A stretch of 63,790 nt of DNA, counting the filler, from Reclinomonas americana ATCC 50394 (lineage: Eukaryota): NCBI GenBank assembly GCA_048213135.1. It is 3 parts of 2 records of this genome, joined end to end, with 100 filler letters (N's around TTAATTAATTAA, not from the genome) between each part and the next. Parts side by side here need not be neighbours in the genome. Positions count along the whole stretch, not along the records: positions 52,674 to 63,790 come from PS015272.1; 2 more parts are not named here. The stretch is one strand, 5' to 3'. A program made the position numbers and the translations under genes. The notes under the pieces were generated by a model. The model ran no database searches. It saw nothing but the letters and a program-made list of their open reading frames with translations, and was not told where the DNA came from. Positions 61,701-63,790 of this stretch are shown piece by piece. The number at the start of each line of letters is the position of its first letter. The first letter of the stretch is position 1.

Positions 61701-63790
61701 TCGAATGTGGCTGGCCTGACTGGCAACAATTTGCAAGTGATTGTGCAAGTGAGTGACGGAACCCTGACGGCAAGCACGACATTCACGATCAACGAAGGTG
61801 TGTCTCTCGTCTCTTTTTTTGTTGTCCACACACACATCTCACTCGGTACCTTGCTTTGCGACAGTCAATGTGGCACCAACTGCACCGACGCTGTCGTCAT
61901 CGACGTACACGCCACCACTCGCGCTGAATGGAGTGATTGGCACGCTAGCATCAACAGATGTCAACACGGGTCAGACCCTGACGTACACCATCACCGGCGG
62001 CACGAATCAAGCATCATTCAACATCAATGGCACCAGCTTGCGGTCGAGTGTGGCCGGTCTCACTGGCAACGGGTTGCAAGTGATTGTACGCGTCAGTGAC
62101 GGAACGCTGACGGCGAGTACAACTTTCACCATCAACGAGGGTACGTGAGATTCCGTGAGGGATGATGTGTGTTTTTTCTTGTGCAACTCATTCAATGTGC
62201 TTCGTCAGCCAACGTCAATCCGACTGCGCCAACTCTTTCATCGACAACATACACGCCACCTCTCGTCGTGAATGGAGTGATTGGCACGCTTGCGTCGACA
62301 GATGTCAACACTGGTCAGACACTGACGTACACGATCACCGGTGGCACAAATCAAGCATCGTTCAACATCAGCGGCACGAGTTTGCGATCCAGCATTGCTG
62401 GCCTCACTGGCAACAATCTGCAAGTGATTGTGCAAGTGAGTGATGGAGCAGGCGGAACGGCAAGTACGACATTCACGATCAATGAGGGTCTGTTATTGGT
62501 TGATTGATTTGGGGGCGAGTTCATTGTGGTTTGCTTACTTTTCGTATCCATTGCAGCGAACGTGAATCCGACTGCGCCGACCCTGTCTTCGTCAACGTAC
62601 ACTCCGCCTTTGGCTTTGAATGGAGTAATCGGCACTCTGGCGTCGACTGATGTCAATACGGGTCAGACTTTCACGTATACGATCACGGGTGGCGCCAACT
62701 CGGCGTCATTCAACATTAGCGGTTCCAGTCTGCGCTCGAACGTTGCTGGTCTCACCGGCAACAACCTGCAAGTGATTGTGCAAGTGAGCGATGGCGCTGG
62801 CGGCACGGCGAGTTCGACCTTCACGATTAGCGAAGGTGTGCTTTGTGCTGCATTGTCTTCGTTCTGCGTTAACTCGCGCTGACTTTGCTGTGCCATGATA
62901 GTCAATGTGGCGCCGACGACACCAACGTTGTCGTCGTCAACATACACGCCGCCACTTGCGCTGAATGGAGTGATTGGCACTTTGGCGTCAACCGACGTGA
63001 ACACGGGTCAGACGCTGACGTATACGATCACGGGCGGTACGAATCAGGCGTCATTCAGCATCAGCGGCACCAGTCTGCGATCCAGCATTGCTGGTCTCAC
63101 TGGCAACAATCTACAAGTGATTGTGCAAGTGAGTGATGGAGCAGGTGGAGCAGCAAGTGCCACTTTCACGATCAATGAGGGTCTGCTATTGGTTGATTGA
63201 TTTGGGGACGAGTTGGTTGTGGTTTGCTCACTCTTCGTATCCGTTGCAGCGAACGTAAATCCGACTGCACCGACCCTTTCGTCGTCGACGTACACTCCGC
63301 CTTTGACGTTAAATGGAGTGATTGGCGTGCTTGCATCAACTGACCCCAACACGGGCCAGACGCTGACGTACACGATCACGGGTGGCACGAACTCGGCTTC
63401 GTTCAACATCAGCGGTACGAGTCTGCGATCGAATGTGGCTGGCCTCACTGGCAACAATCTGCAAGTGATCGTGCAAGTGAGCGACGGAGCAGGCGGTACG
63501 GCGAGCACTACTTTCACAATCAACGAAGGTGTGTCTCTCGTCTCTTCTTTTGTTGTTCACTCACGCATCTCACTCGGTACCTTGCTTTGCGACAGTCAAT
63601 GTGGCGCCAATGGCGCCGACGCTGTCGTCATCGACATACACGCCACCACTTGCGCTGAATGGAGTGATTGGCACTCTTTCGTCGACAGATGTCAACACGG
63701 GTCAAACATTGACGTACACGATCACGGGTGGCACCAACGCGTCCTCGTTCAACATCAGTGGTACCAGCTTGCGGTCAAACATTGCCGGTC
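55798..63790 (+). CDS. Secreted or surface protein: signal-like hydrophobic segment, Cys-rich N-domain, one conventional cadherin-like repeat, then at least 17 tandem 92-93-aa cadherin-like repeats; 3'-partial
   Basis: RRAARLLLFAVVWIFVLSATGSDA signal-like segment; NNAPTDILLS...VGTLSAVDIDAGNTFTFSITGGTDAANFAI...VTISVTDNNG cadherin pattern; repeated exons VNVAPTAPTLSSSTYTPPLALNGVIGTLASTDVNTGQTLTYTITGGTNxASFNISGTSLRSxIAGLTGNNLQVIVQVSDGAGGTASTTFTINE, separated by mostly 66-71-bp phase-1 GT-AG introns. Confidence 0.9.

Overview
Intron-rich eukaryotic DNA from a draft scaffold, probably a protist (the organism cannot be identified from this window). It has many N gaps, AG/AC microsatellites and two artificial 100-bp linkers (N44-TTAATTAATTAA-N44). 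Most ORF-track entries are noise, so genes were rebuilt by hand from GT-AG exons. In order: an SRF/Mcm1-type MADS-box gene in microexons (+); an SDR oxidoreductase lacking the catalytic Tyr (-); an NCoR/SMRT/Snt1-like three-SANT corepressor (-); an intronless HEPN-NACHT-pentapeptide-WD40 NLR-like gene (-); a ubiquitin-like exon (+); a low-complexity hypothetical gene (+); an apparent SPX-TM-phosphatidylserine decarboxylase fusion (+); a hypothetical protein ending in polybasic-CaaX (+); a long Dbf4/ASK-like gene (-); an intronless ankyrin-repeat gene (+); and a secreted protein built from at least 17 single-exon cadherin-like repeats (+, runs off the window). The best candidates for new biology are (1) the SPX-PSD fusion, an inositol-pyrophosphate sensor joined to a phospholipid enzyme, with the caveat that an assembly linker lies between the domains; (2) the HEPN-RNase STAND receptor with hypervariable WD40 positions; and (3) the cadherin-like array with eroded Ca2+-binding motifs, phase-1 cassette exons and higher-order intron repeats.
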